A stretch of DNA of 64,000 nt from Kiritimatiellia bacterium (GCA_045627605.1 JAZQOA010000086.1:15281-79280), one strand, 5' to 3'; positions 45,901 through 55,213 are shown, counted from the first letter of the stretch. Program-made: numbers and translations. The notes: generated by a model from the sequence alone, not told the origin.

Positions 45901-46403
45901 TTATGAATGCGGATCTTGATTGCGTACCGGATATCTTCGACTACCGCAAGTGGTTCCGCTTTCAGTTGAAGGTGGTCGTTGAAAACGACGAGGGACGCGT
46001 CATAGATCGCAAAGTGAAGAGCATGGGCTCCGGTGGCGAGCAGGCTGTGCCGAACTACCTGCTGATCCTCACGGTGGCGGAATTCCTCTACCATGGTGGC
46101 GAAGCAAATGGTTTGCCAAAGCTTTCCCCGCTTTTGTTCGACGAGGCATTCTACGGAATCGACGCCGCGCGCCGCGATCAGTTGCTGGCGTTTGCCGAAG
46201 ACCTAGGTCTCCAGCTATTCGTGTCATCACCGGACCAGGACGGCGTAAAACGCGAGATTCGCCATTCGGTTTCGCTCATCGTTGTCAAGGACGAACACCT
46301 CGATGTCCACCTAAGTCCTGTCCTTTGGAACAATGCGCCAGTTCAGACGGACATGCTTGGCGAGACAACGGCAGTGGGCATGACCGTGTTGGAGGAGATT
46401 TAA
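42921..46403 (+). CDS. SMC-like ABC ATPase, JetC/MksB-type (TIGR02680-like)
   Basis: 1160 aa. Walker A GDNGSGKTTLLDA. A central A/E/R/K/L-rich coiled-coil of several hundred residues. ABC signature MGSGGEQAV. Walker B/D-loop PLLFDEAFYGID. Confidence 0.8.
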   Translation: MKTQERYHISAVRLVEFHNLGTTTVSLPDGGHLFLLGDNGSGKTTLLDAIHLVLTAGREMEFNAAARVAGAKDSGGRTYQGVVLRYNAVTGRTHRESGITYAALELQADNGRVISLAVGLAADGMDVQIERRGAIASVPVAELPLTIEEDGRQRVATLREFKTGVDALPGGHAYTNINEYADAVGVRLFGGVDKYADVCKLLRTGKAYREIAARAANYDELFRQLLEDPSRETFEPLLTGLRELDRSKATFDQIDERSKYLEDLRRESRRLADIRLKTELLAWISAEHARKMALAEIERLTASIDAAAAERMQLEREAQSAKEAIALAKERLIELRSKDATGLVNQEKQAAARLAEAERKAGDAKHDAAEQRKRATADADAAAFARKERALVAKRHGDCLQKAAKTAALGAGAVTDFLFAVANGDDSGSDEMPFAAFRKTIGEAIETRTREKGDAFYAVNAAEDEAEAARQALDLLKSREESLPNVPGFEQARTEIRSSLLDARPIYEALEPAPGCDARHLAMLERILGDDFLSTWIAAESAFDAVRRVAWQANDAQSVACRGDADGVDVTSLTPWLGSYISFEESDVEAVRLVASHLAAKLAPADGAFLSFKTWEFRARHGVLADAKPRLIGHKARAAEQARLVRAAEERLSAIEKELKKLRRKADACAESLAAVKGLNAVLEEARADFCAAAEKASRARERARSSNELAERVESEAQARKDEAAEAHAELDDIQLKMRAAGIDGALEKKIADVDRKVRQGEDKVAGINQRLGETNARVKSSEKARAEQQMIVERELLRASECARHFEDAMPEDGDVAKFAHTKCPAAFEPGADFNGLREGFVSAGKVSETVIEQKIRDAKGEFYSFSFDRVANRLADRRGSSLDDVITDETRRLDELRGVINQKTREVFERIFKGEVMRRLNINLLAVENLVRRIQKKLAGRRFGSNRYAFEISPVPEYEAFVELVRHGNLFDLDDSDEKLRECLESHRDEIMNADLDCVPDIFDYRKWFRFQLKVVVENDEGRVIDRKVKSMGSGGEQAVPNYLLILTVAEFLYHGGEANGLPKLSPLLFDEAFYGIDAARRDQLLAFAEDLGLQLFVSSPDQDGVKREIRHSVSLIVVKDEHLDVHLSPVLWNNAPVQTDMLGETTAVGMTVLEEI

Positions 46404-47611
46404 TGCCGGACGATGACCGTTTATTTATCCCCGCGGGGAAAATCACCGCTGCATTAAACCGCGCCCCGGCGTTGCGCCCTTTTCTGGCACGTCTTGCCCG
46501 TCGTGCCTTGAAGGGCCAGCCCATGCCGAATTCCTTTACGGCTGGGAAAATCGACTACGTGGCGCAACAGGAGCTGAACATCCTGCTCCGCACCGTCACG
46601 GTGCGCTCTGCGGAAGGGAACGTTCACGGCAAGATGCCGGTGCGGCTTGCAGAGCCTGAAGTCTGGCTACCCGTCGCGAAAGCACTTGGGATAGAGGCGA
46701 ATGAATCGGCTGAAACGCCCCGCGCCATGTTTGCCCGGCTGGAATGGTCGCATCCAGGGAAAATGGGCGTTCTTCGCGCGCTTGAACATGAGCAAGAGGT
46801 GTCAAAATACCTGAAATCAGGTGAACGATGCCGCGAATGGACCAAGCTCTTCAATCTGGCCGTTGAGGTTGAATCATTGCCGACATCGCAAGTGCTGACG
46901 CTTTCCCAGCTTGGTTCGTCGGCATTCAACGACAGCAAGGTTCTGCGGTCAGGGGCGTTGCGGCGGCAGCTTTGCTTGATTCTCGCGGCTTTTTCAGGCA
47001 TGTTGCCAGAAGACGAACGTGGGGTGTTTGGCTCATTTGGAATAGTTGAGAATCCCTACACCAGCTCCGTGACTGTTTTTGCCCCGTTCGCGTTCTGTGA
47101 TCGCGATGGCGTTGTTTTCGATTTTCCCGCCCGGATGTTTGCGGCTGGGCTTGCCTGCCAGCTGCCCCTTGAGACCGTCGGGCATATGACCCGCGTTGAA
47201 TGGCGCGGAGCGGAAAAGAAGGTCGTGACAAGCGAAAACGCAGCGCCACTTGTGGCCTTTGTCGAGAAGCGAATCCCCTGTGTCTACACCGAGGGGTATC
47301 CAAATACTGCGGTACTACGTCTGCTGGAACTTATCTCTTCTTGCGGGGTGACGGCGAGCCACTGGGGCGACGCCGACTTGGACGGGTTGCTGATCGCACA
47401 TGCGGTCTCAACGAAAATTTCCGTTACCCAGACCATGGCGCTCCAAATCATAAACATGCCCGGAGCGCTCAAGGGCATTCCGCTAACTTCGGAGCAAAGG
47501 AACAGAATCGAGCGTTTCATTGACACGCGGCCTATGTCGGAATATACCGGTCCTCTTCGGCAGCTTCTAGCAAGGGACTGCTGGTACGAACAGGAGGCAT
47601 TCCCGTTATGA
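46403..47611 (+). CDS. JetD/MksG-type protein with a C-terminal Toprim-like nuclease domain
   Basis: 402 aa. C-terminal Toprim signature with Glu in VVTSENAAPL and DxD in HWGDADLDGLLIA. The start overlaps the jetC stop (TAATG, 46401-46405). The upstream GTG/ATG-extended ORF-track start (46325) lies inside jetC. Confidence 0.75.
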   Translation: MPDDDRLFIPAGKITAALNRAPALRPFLARLARRALKGQPMPNSFTAGKIDYVAQQELNILLRTVTVRSAEGNVHGKMPVRLAEPEVWLPVAKALGIEANESAETPRAMFARLEWSHPGKMGVLRALEHEQEVSKYLKSGERCREWTKLFNLAVEVESLPTSQVLTLSQLGSSAFNDSKVLRSGALRRQLCLILAAFSGMLPEDERGVFGSFGIVENPYTSSVTVFAPFAFCDRDGVVFDFPARMFAAGLACQLPLETVGHMTRVEWRGAEKKVVTSENAAPLVAFVEKRIPCVYTEGYPNTAVLRLLELISSCGVTASHWGDADLDGLLIAHAVSTKISVTQTMALQIINMPGALKGIPLTSEQRNRIERFIDTRPMSEYTGPLRQLLARDCWYEQEAFPL

Positions 47612-49182
47612 AGCGCAAGCAAGAAGATTTGGCGGGCGACCTCTTTGCAGTCGGATTGCAAGGAGACGACAGGCCGACATCGCCCCCGGCAAAGCTCATT
47701 GACGCACCGTTGGTCAATGAGACCGCGACTTGGCTTGCCGCTCGCGCCACAACGCTTGGCAGTCTTTTCGCAAGTGATCGCGCCGCCGAGTATGTGGCGA
47801 TTTTACGGGCCTTTGCGCAATTCCGGGCAGGTCATGAGCCGGAGCCTTTGCACGAAGACCTTTTCAATCTTGTCTGCGGAGACGAGGCGACAAGCGAGGA
47901 CGAGGCGCTTTTCAAATCTGACATCAGGCAGTTGAAGGACTGGCAGCTTGTCACGGACCGGATCGAAAAAGAACGGTTGCGCGGGTATCGGGACACGCGC
48001 CGCACCAAGTTCCGCTATCACCTTCATGACGATGCCGTGGCATTTGTCGCCTGGCTTGAGGAACGCAGAATCCAGGATCTTCATCCAGACGACGGGAACA
48101 TCACCAAGTATCTTCTTGACCGGCAGTGTTCCCTGCTAAATGAACTCTGTCGGTTGACGCGCAAGGTCGTGCCGTCAAAGGTCGATCATGAAATCGCCGG
48201 AGACGTCCTCTACAGGATTGACCAAGTCGGCCGCTTTGTCGAGGCCACGGCGCATGACCTTCAGGTGCTGAACCTTCGCCTGCTGAGTTTCGGCGCAGAT
48301 GCCTTCAAGGTGGATGAAGCCAGGGAAATAGTCGATGAACTCGGCGTTTTCCTGGAGCGGTTCGGTCGGCATTTTAACGATTCCCGCTCAGAGATAACAG
48401 TTCTGATCGCCACCCTTCGGCGAGAGGTTCAGATGTCGCGTTTCAAGGCCTGCGCGGAGCGAATGCGAGAAGACGCCGCGAAGTATCGCCATATCGCTTC
48501 CAGAAATATTCCAGATGCCGAAGCCATATTGTCCGACGCTTCGAGTTTCTATGGCGACAATGGCCGCCTGATTGAGTTGATGGGGAGGGTTGTCGATTCT
48601 GCGCGCAAGGTCTGGGGACGGCTCAACGCCAAGTTGCGCGAACTTGAACGCCGCAATCACCGTCTTGATGATGTAAAGGCCAGGCTTGACGATTTCGCCA
48701 GGCTAAGCGAGGACGAGGTTCCGTACGGCTGGATGCGTCGTCTTCTGGAGACGGCCTCGCTGCGAGGTGACGCGCAAATCCGGCCTGATGGCGAAAAATC
48801 ACGCCCGCCTATGCCGAAGCGCTCGTCGAATGTCAGAGCCAAGCGTGATGTCACCTGGATCACACCTCGCAAAGTCGGTGAAAAAGCGGACGTCCGTTCA
48901 ATAGCGGAGGCACGAGCTCAGCTGATGCGTGACTGGATGAACGAGCGCGGCATCATGCCAGACAAGAAGGACGAGTGCCGATTGTCATCTGGTTCTTACG
49001 TAAAGTATGAAGATTTCAAGATGATCATGAAGCTTGTGCAGGCGGTTCGCCTTGGCAACGGGGAAAAGGCGAAGCGCTTGCTTGGAGTGACTGGCGAACA
49101 ACTTCCAGAGCGAGTCGCCATTGCCAAGGATGGCTTTTCACTGACACTGGACGACATCCGCCTGTTGCCATTTGAGGCTTGA
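47608..49182 (+). CDS. JetA/MksF-like (kleisin-type, DUF2397/TIGR02677-like) subunit, located last in the operon
   Basis: 524 aa. The N-terminal winged-helix-like region is SLFASDRAAEYVAILRAFAQF...IRQLKDWQLVTDRIEKERLRGYRDTRRTKFRYHLHDDAVAFVAWLEE, followed by long helical segments. The ATG overlaps the jetD stop (ATGA, 47608-47611). The family call is from memory of the HMM pattern, not a search. Confidence 0.55.
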   Translation: MKRKQEDLAGDLFAVGLQGDDRPTSPPAKLIDAPLVNETATWLAARATTLGSLFASDRAAEYVAILRAFAQFRAGHEPEPLHEDLFNLVCGDEATSEDEALFKSDIRQLKDWQLVTDRIEKERLRGYRDTRRTKFRYHLHDDAVAFVAWLEERRIQDLHPDDGNITKYLLDRQCSLLNELCRLTRKVVPSKVDHEIAGDVLYRIDQVGRFVEATAHDLQVLNLRLLSFGADAFKVDEAREIVDELGVFLERFGRHFNDSRSEITVLIATLRREVQMSRFKACAERMREDAAKYRHIASRNIPDAEAILSDASSFYGDNGRLIELMGRVVDSARKVWGRLNAKLRELERRNHRLDDVKARLDDFARLSEDEVPYGWMRRLLETASLRGDAQIRPDGEKSRPPMPKRSSNVRAKRDVTWITPRKVGEKADVRSIAEARAQLMRDWMNERGIMPDKKDECRLSSGSYVKYEDFKMIMKLVQAVRLGNGEKAKRLLGVTGEQLPERVAIAKDGFSLTLDDIRLLPFEA

Positions 49183-49359
49183 CAGTCATTGTCAAGCTGT
49201 TGACTGTTAATGTTTTACAATAAACCGAAGGCTCCGCATACAGTCAACAAACTCCTTCGTCTTCGACGGCACTGGCACCAGAGCCGTTGGCCCCAGTGCT
49301 TTGCAAACCGGTATTCCCGGGTGATGCATCTGTTTCCCCTGGGATATTCACGACCGCAG

Positions 49360-50949
49360 TCAAACTGCGGCCCGTACGACAGTGCCCTCGACGAAGCGGC
49401 GGGTGCCGCGTTCGAAGGAGAGCCCCACGAGCCATACGGGCTTGTCGGGCGCAAGGAAAGGCTCGGCGTACTGCTTCGCCGTCGCCTGGTCCATCGCGAC
49501 CACTGCGGGACGGTCCACCTTCAGCTCGAAGATGTAGGTGCCGCACGGATGGTCCGCCACGAGGTCGATGCGCCCGTCGGATGTCGTCCGCTCCGGCTCC
49601 ATGCGGAAGCCCTGCCCTGCCAGCAGGAACTGTAGGTTCCGCGCGAACGACGCCTCATGCACCGTCTCCTCGGTCGAGCCGTACGACACACCTGCATAGA
49701 GCGACTTGAGTCCCCTGAAAAAATCGTCCCACTCGCAGTCCAGCAGCCGTCCGCCAAGCCGAACCGCCCACGCCGTGTCTTTGTCAGCCGCCAGCCCAGC
49801 CATCAACTTCGAGAGATCACGGCGCACCTCGGCGTCAGGAACGCCCAGCACGTAAGACCCGCGTCTGGAATCGTAATCGAGAATCGTCAAGTAGCCAGTC
49901 TGGTAGAGCATCGCAGGCGCACGAAGATTCGTCAGGTCGCTCACGTCGAAGTCCTCGTCTCGAATGCCGGTCAGCCGCTCTGGGTCGATCGCCAGCAGGT
50001 CGCCGCGCTTGAGAACGTTCATCAGCATCGACGCCCGTCCTGTCTTGGACCAGTAAAACTCGAACTCATCATCGCACTTCGCGAGATTGAGGTTGATCGA
50101 CACGGGGTTGTAGACCTTCTCCCCGCGCTTCTTCCAGAACCGATAGCCGTTGTAGAGCCGACGGAGCTCCGCACGGTAGGCGTCGTAGGCAAGCCCCATC
50201 TTCTCAGCCTGCATGCGCATGCGATCGGAGAAGTACTCGTCGAGCTCAGCCTCGGTATAGCCGAGCATCATCGCGTACCCATCTTCAAGGGAAAGGTCAA
50301 TCAGGTTCGAGAGCGTCGAGAAAATCGACATCTTCGTGAACTTCGAGACACCCGTGATCATCAGGAAACGGTACTTCTCGGTACGGTCCTTGAGCTGTCC
50401 GTAGAACGTCGCGAGAAGTGTGCGCACCTTCTCAGCGAACGGGATGTCATGCAGGACCTTTGCTACGGGATCGTCGTACTCGTCCACCAAGATGACCGGA
50501 AGCTCACCCTCCCCGCGCATCGCCTTCGCCGCGAGCACATCGATGGCCGCACCGAAGTTCTCGCCCGGATCTTTCGCCGGATCGTAATTGCAACCGGCTT
50601 CGGCAATCACAGCCCCGATGCGCGCGGCAAACGACCTCTCGAAGTTCTCGTAGCCCGTCGCGTTCGCGCACTGGCCGAAGTTGAAGTGCAGGACGGGATG
50701 CCTCTTCCACTCGTAGTCAGTCTTCGCGATCGCAAGGCCCTCGAAGAGGTCCTTCCTACCGTTGAAGATCTCCTTCAGCGTGGTGATCATCAGCGACTTG
50801 CCGAAACGCCGCGGACGCGCAATGAACAGGCACTTGCGACTGGACGTCACCAGCCGATGCAGGTATGCGGTCTTGTCCACATACAGCATCTGCGGGTTCG
50901 CCGTGCGAATCGCAAGAAAGCTTCCGGTGTCCTCAGGTATCGGTTTCAT
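49360..50949 (-). CDS. AAA-ATPase-like domain protein with a C-terminal PD-(D/E)XK nuclease domain (PF09820+PF08011-type architecture)
   Basis: N-terminus FLAIRTANPQMLYVDKTAYLHRLV...LFIARPRRFGKSLMITTLKEIF. C-terminus SDGRIDLVADHPCGTYIFELKVD (D...E-x-K). ATG at 50949, with a GTG at 50952. Confidence 0.7.
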   Translation of the reverse strand: MKPIPEDTGSFLAIRTANPQMLYVDKTAYLHRLVTSSRKCLFIARPRRFGKSLMITTLKEIFNGRKDLFEGLAIAKTDYEWKRHPVLHFNFGQCANATGYENFERSFAARIGAVIAEAGCNYDPAKDPGENFGAAIDVLAAKAMRGEGELPVILVDEYDDPVAKVLHDIPFAEKVRTLLATFYGQLKDRTEKYRFLMITGVSKFTKMSIFSTLSNLIDLSLEDGYAMMLGYTEAELDEYFSDRMRMQAEKMGLAYDAYRAELRRLYNGYRFWKKRGEKVYNPVSINLNLAKCDDEFEFYWSKTGRASMLMNVLKRGDLLAIDPERLTGIRDEDFDVSDLTNLRAPAMLYQTGYLTILDYDSRRGSYVLGVPDAEVRRDLSKLMAGLAADKDTAWAVRLGGRLLDCEWDDFFRGLKSLYAGVSYGSTEETVHEASFARNLQFLLAGQGFRMEPERTTSDGRIDLVADHPCGTYIFELKVDRPAVVAMDQATAKQYAEPFLAPDKPVWLVGLSFERGTRRFVEGTVVRAAV

Positions 50950-51047
50950 CACGCAAGATTATACCACATTCTGCGACGGCGCGACAATCCGACTTCACCT
51001 AACGGCAATGGTAGTGCCATAGCCCCTCATTTTGCCATACTACTCCC

Positions 51048-52277
51048 ATGCGGAGAATTTGCCTCTACAGTTTACCTCTTCTCCTCCTCGCCGCCGCCTG
51101 TCCGACGGCGACGGTGGTGGTTGCCGACGGCGACACCGTGACCAGCGAACCCGCCGGCATCGACGACCTCACCTTCGTCACCGCCGACCTCGACCCCGGC
51201 GTCGCCTACCACGTCCGCATCTTCAACGGCCTCTGCGGCTACGTCGACGTCACCGTCAACAACCTCGCGCTCGTCTCCGAAACCGAAGCCGAATGGCCCG
51301 CCGACAGAACCCGCACCGACATCGGCGTGGGCGAGGTGGTGAGACTGTCGCTTCGCCCGACTCTGCAGTCGAATGTAACATGGTCTTGCTTCGGTTCCCT
51401 CATAAAGCAAGAAGCTAATGAAAGTGTAGTAAAAGTTAGAGCTACAGACACTCATGGATCGGCAAAGGTTTCAGCAATGATCGGCGACATCCGACTCAGT
51501 ATGCAGTTTATGGTCTTTAGTCCAACAGGGTATTCGTTTGCAGAAGCATACACTTACGGTGGTGCCAACGCATACCCGGGATTTGCCGAGGTCGAGGGGC
51601 TAATCGATGTTTACCTAGCTCCGACAAATGTTAGCTTTGCAAACGTCTGGATGGAGGAAGGGTATGCAGAGGCCACTAATGTGTCTGGATGGTTCCTATG
51701 GCCTGGCAACAGTTGCAATCATGATTCAGAGCATGGTGCTTTCATTCCATGTGAAATTTCCAGTCGCAATTTCTTTACGGACATGATTGGCAGTGACTTC
51801 AAGCCAGGTGATTGGATTGACGGCGAAATGAAATGGGAAATACCCACTTCATGGTGGATTATTCCAGAGGATGGTGCTTCGACCAATCGGCATCAGATGT
51901 CAAGACCCAGAGCGCAAATGTTCTCAATTCGGCGCAACGGAACTTTCACAATAACAAAGTTTGGAACGGGGTTAACTCGAACGCCCCGAGGAATGGTTAC
52001 GGAAATACCGGAAAAGATACGACCGATAAAAGATGCGCCGCGAGACAAACCCCTGCCCCCTCCTCCTCCAGCTTCATTCATGTCCCCACTTGAAATTAAA
52101 CCAAATGATTCCCCGGACCGCATCAAGGAGGTAATGGGCATAAATGAAACGATAGCGAGCAACTACGCTGCCAGAGTCGCATCATATCAGGAAGACAAGG
52201 TAAAAAGAGCGTTCTTTCGAGAATTTGATTCGTTCTACAATCAGCTCCATGTTTTCGTGGACTATGTTTTGCAATAG
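51048..52277 (+). CDS. Hypothetical secreted protein or lipoprotein (409 aa) with a proline-rich C-terminal segment
   Basis: Signal-like N-terminus MRRICLYSLPLLLLAAAC. No recognisable family. There is an abrupt GC drop inside the ORF near 51.37 kb. Confidence 0.5.
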   Translation: MRRICLYSLPLLLLAAACPTATVVVADGDTVTSEPAGIDDLTFVTADLDPGVAYHVRIFNGLCGYVDVTVNNLALVSETEAEWPADRTRTDIGVGEVVRLSLRPTLQSNVTWSCFGSLIKQEANESVVKVRATDTHGSAKVSAMIGDIRLSMQFMVFSPTGYSFAEAYTYGGANAYPGFAEVEGLIDVYLAPTNVSFANVWMEEGYAEATNVSGWFLWPGNSCNHDSEHGAFIPCEISSRNFFTDMIGSDFKPGDWIDGEMKWEIPTSWWIIPEDGASTNRHQMSRPRAQMFSIRRNGTFTITKFGTGLTRTPRGMVTEIPEKIRPIKDAPRDKPLPPPPPASFMSPLEIKPNDSPDRIKEVMGINETIASNYAARVASYQEDKVKRAFFREFDSFYNQLHVFVDYVLQ

Positions 52278-52305
52278 CCATGCATATCCTTTACGGAGTG
52301 ATACG

Positions 52306-52581
52306 ATGAAGACTGCTCTTACCATGCTCATGCTTTGTGTTTCGGCGGTATTTGCCGAAGATGCAATCCCGCCTTCCGATCTTAACTTCGGCAATTTGGT
52401 GTTTTGCATCACGAATGGTGTTTCCATTAATGCCGAATCTTCACCTCAACCAGAATCCAATGTGTCCAAACTCTCCTCCGCATTGGCCCATACGGATTCA
52501 CCATTTCTGCGGGATTCCCCGAAGCTGTTTTTGTCCGCCCCGTCCGCTACGCGCCCCCCTCCATGGGCTGCCTTGAGTTGA
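52306..52581 (+). CDS. Small hypothetical secreted protein (91 aa)
   Basis: Signal-like MKTALTMLMLCVSAVFA from the internal ATG 52306. No homology recognised. It could be non-coding. Confidence 0.3.
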   Translation: MKTALTMLMLCVSAVFAEDAIPPSDLNFGNLVFCITNGVSINAESSPQPESNVSKLSSALAHTDSPFLRDSPKLFLSAPSATRPPPWAALS

Positions 52582-52678
52582 TATATTAACTTTTCAACTC
52601 TCCAACGCATTGGGAAACCGGGGATATTCCCCCCAGGAATTGGCAGGAAATATCCCGCAAGGCTTCGCCGACATCCTC

Positions 52679-52707
52679 TTGCGGGATGCCGGGCAATCCA
52701 GTATAAT
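52679..52707 (+). promoter_or_regulatory. Candidate sigma-70 promoter for the phosphodiester glycosidase gene
   Basis: TTGCGG (52679-52684), 17-nt spacer, TATAAT (52702-52707). An AAGGAG ribosome-binding site at 52721-52726 lies 7 nt before the ATG at 52734. Confidence 0.45.
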
Positions 52708-52733
52708 TGAGAAAGCATCCAAGGAGATTTTCC

Positions 52734-53705
52734 ATGAAAAAGTCACTCGTCGCCGTTTTTCTCGCCGCCACCGCGGCCTGCGGGGTCTTCGCCGCCTCGA
52801 CCAAGCTCGACAAAAAAGCCGTCGCCTGGTTCCCGAAGGAAATCCAGGAGGCGTCGCCCTCCATCGCCACGCGGATCGACCTCGCGCCCGGCGTGGAATA
52901 CGGCTACGTCTATTGCAAAAAACTTTTCGGCCATCCGGGCGACATCCACGCGGTCCGCATCGACCTCGCCAAAGCCAAGGTCAGGCCGCACATCGACGAA
53001 GGCGCCCTGCTCCCCGACATGAAGCTCCGCCTCCGCACGACCTCCGCCGCCGCAGCCGCGCACGACGCGCTCTTCTCCGTCAACGGCGGGTTCTTCAGCT
53101 GGAAGGACAACCCCGAAAAGAAAATCAAGGCGCTCATCCCCTACTACCGCATGAAAATCAACGGCAAGGTCCTCGAATCCAATTCGGGCGGCACACTGGG
53201 CCTCGCCTTCTCAAACGACGGTTCCAAGGTCAAGGTCGGCAGGGTCTCGGACGCCGAACTTGAGGAGTGGGACAACTTCATGGCCGGCGAGGGACTGGTC
53301 TCCGGCGGGAAATGCTGTCTCGACTGGAAGCGTCCCGAGGGCATCAAGACCAAGCCCGAGGCGCCGCGTACGCTCGTCGGCATGGACGCCGAGGGCAAAT
53401 ACCTCTGGGTCATCGTCACGGGCGGACGCAAAACAGGCAAAATGCCGTCAATGGGTCTCTCCTACCTTGACGGCGCAGACCTCCTCCTGTGGTTCGGCTG
53501 TGCCGAAGGCGTCAACATGGATGGCGGCGGCTCGACGACGCTGGCCGTTCGCAAGGACGCCCTCAAGGGTGCCAAGAAGCCCTACACGCCTGAAGCGCAC
53601 CCCGCTGCGGCGGCCAAGGACTACTTCATCTTGAACTGCACCAGCGACGGCAGCGAGCGCGCCGTCCTCGACCACATCCAGTTCTGGGATTCGAAGTCGA
53701 AGTAG
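52734..53705 (+). CDS. Phosphodiester glycosidase family protein (DUF2233/NAGPA-like), secreted
   Basis: Signal peptide MKKSLVAVFLAATAACGVFA. Motifs FSVNGGFF, TLVGMDAEGKYLWVIVTGGR and AEGVNMDGGGSTTLAV. Confidence 0.7.
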   Translation: MKKSLVAVFLAATAACGVFAASTKLDKKAVAWFPKEIQEASPSIATRIDLAPGVEYGYVYCKKLFGHPGDIHAVRIDLAKAKVRPHIDEGALLPDMKLRLRTTSAAAAAHDALFSVNGGFFSWKDNPEKKIKALIPYYRMKINGKVLESNSGGTLGLAFSNDGSKVKVGRVSDAELEEWDNFMAGEGLVSGGKCCLDWKRPEGIKTKPEAPRTLVGMDAEGKYLWVIVTGGRKTGKMPSMGLSYLDGADLLLWFGCAEGVNMDGGGSTTLAVRKDALKGAKKPYTPEAHPAAAAKDYFILNCTSDGSERAVLDHIQFWDSKSK

Positions 53706-53733
53706 CCAAAGTCCGTCGCGGAAGCGACCCCAT

Positions 53734-53770
53734 AAAAAAAGGCCGGCGGGAAACCCGCCGGCCTTTTTTT
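53734..53770. terminator. Bidirectional rho-independent terminator between convergent genes
   Basis: A7 tract, perfect stem GGCCGGCGGG-AAA-CCCGCCGGCC (53741-53763), then T7 tract. Confidence 0.8.
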
Positions 53771-53785
53771 GCGTCCTTGCGCAGC

Positions 53786-55195
<1,410 letters not shown>

Positions 55196-55213
55196 TGTTC
55201 TTTCCCCCGCTTG

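Noticed and set aside
49178-49370. Short hairpins CTTGACAGTCATTGTCAAG (49178-49196) and CCGCAGTCAAACTGCGG (49354-49370) at the two convergent stop codons
   Set aside because: The stems are 7 bp with no adjoining T tracts, so I do not call them intrinsic terminators. They may still slow transcription.
49341-52629. Shared 9-mer GGGATATTC at 49341-49349 and 52621-52629 as possible island-flanking repeats
   Set aside because: A single 9-mer recurrence is expected by chance in 64 kb on two strands, and the surrounding sequence does not extend the match.
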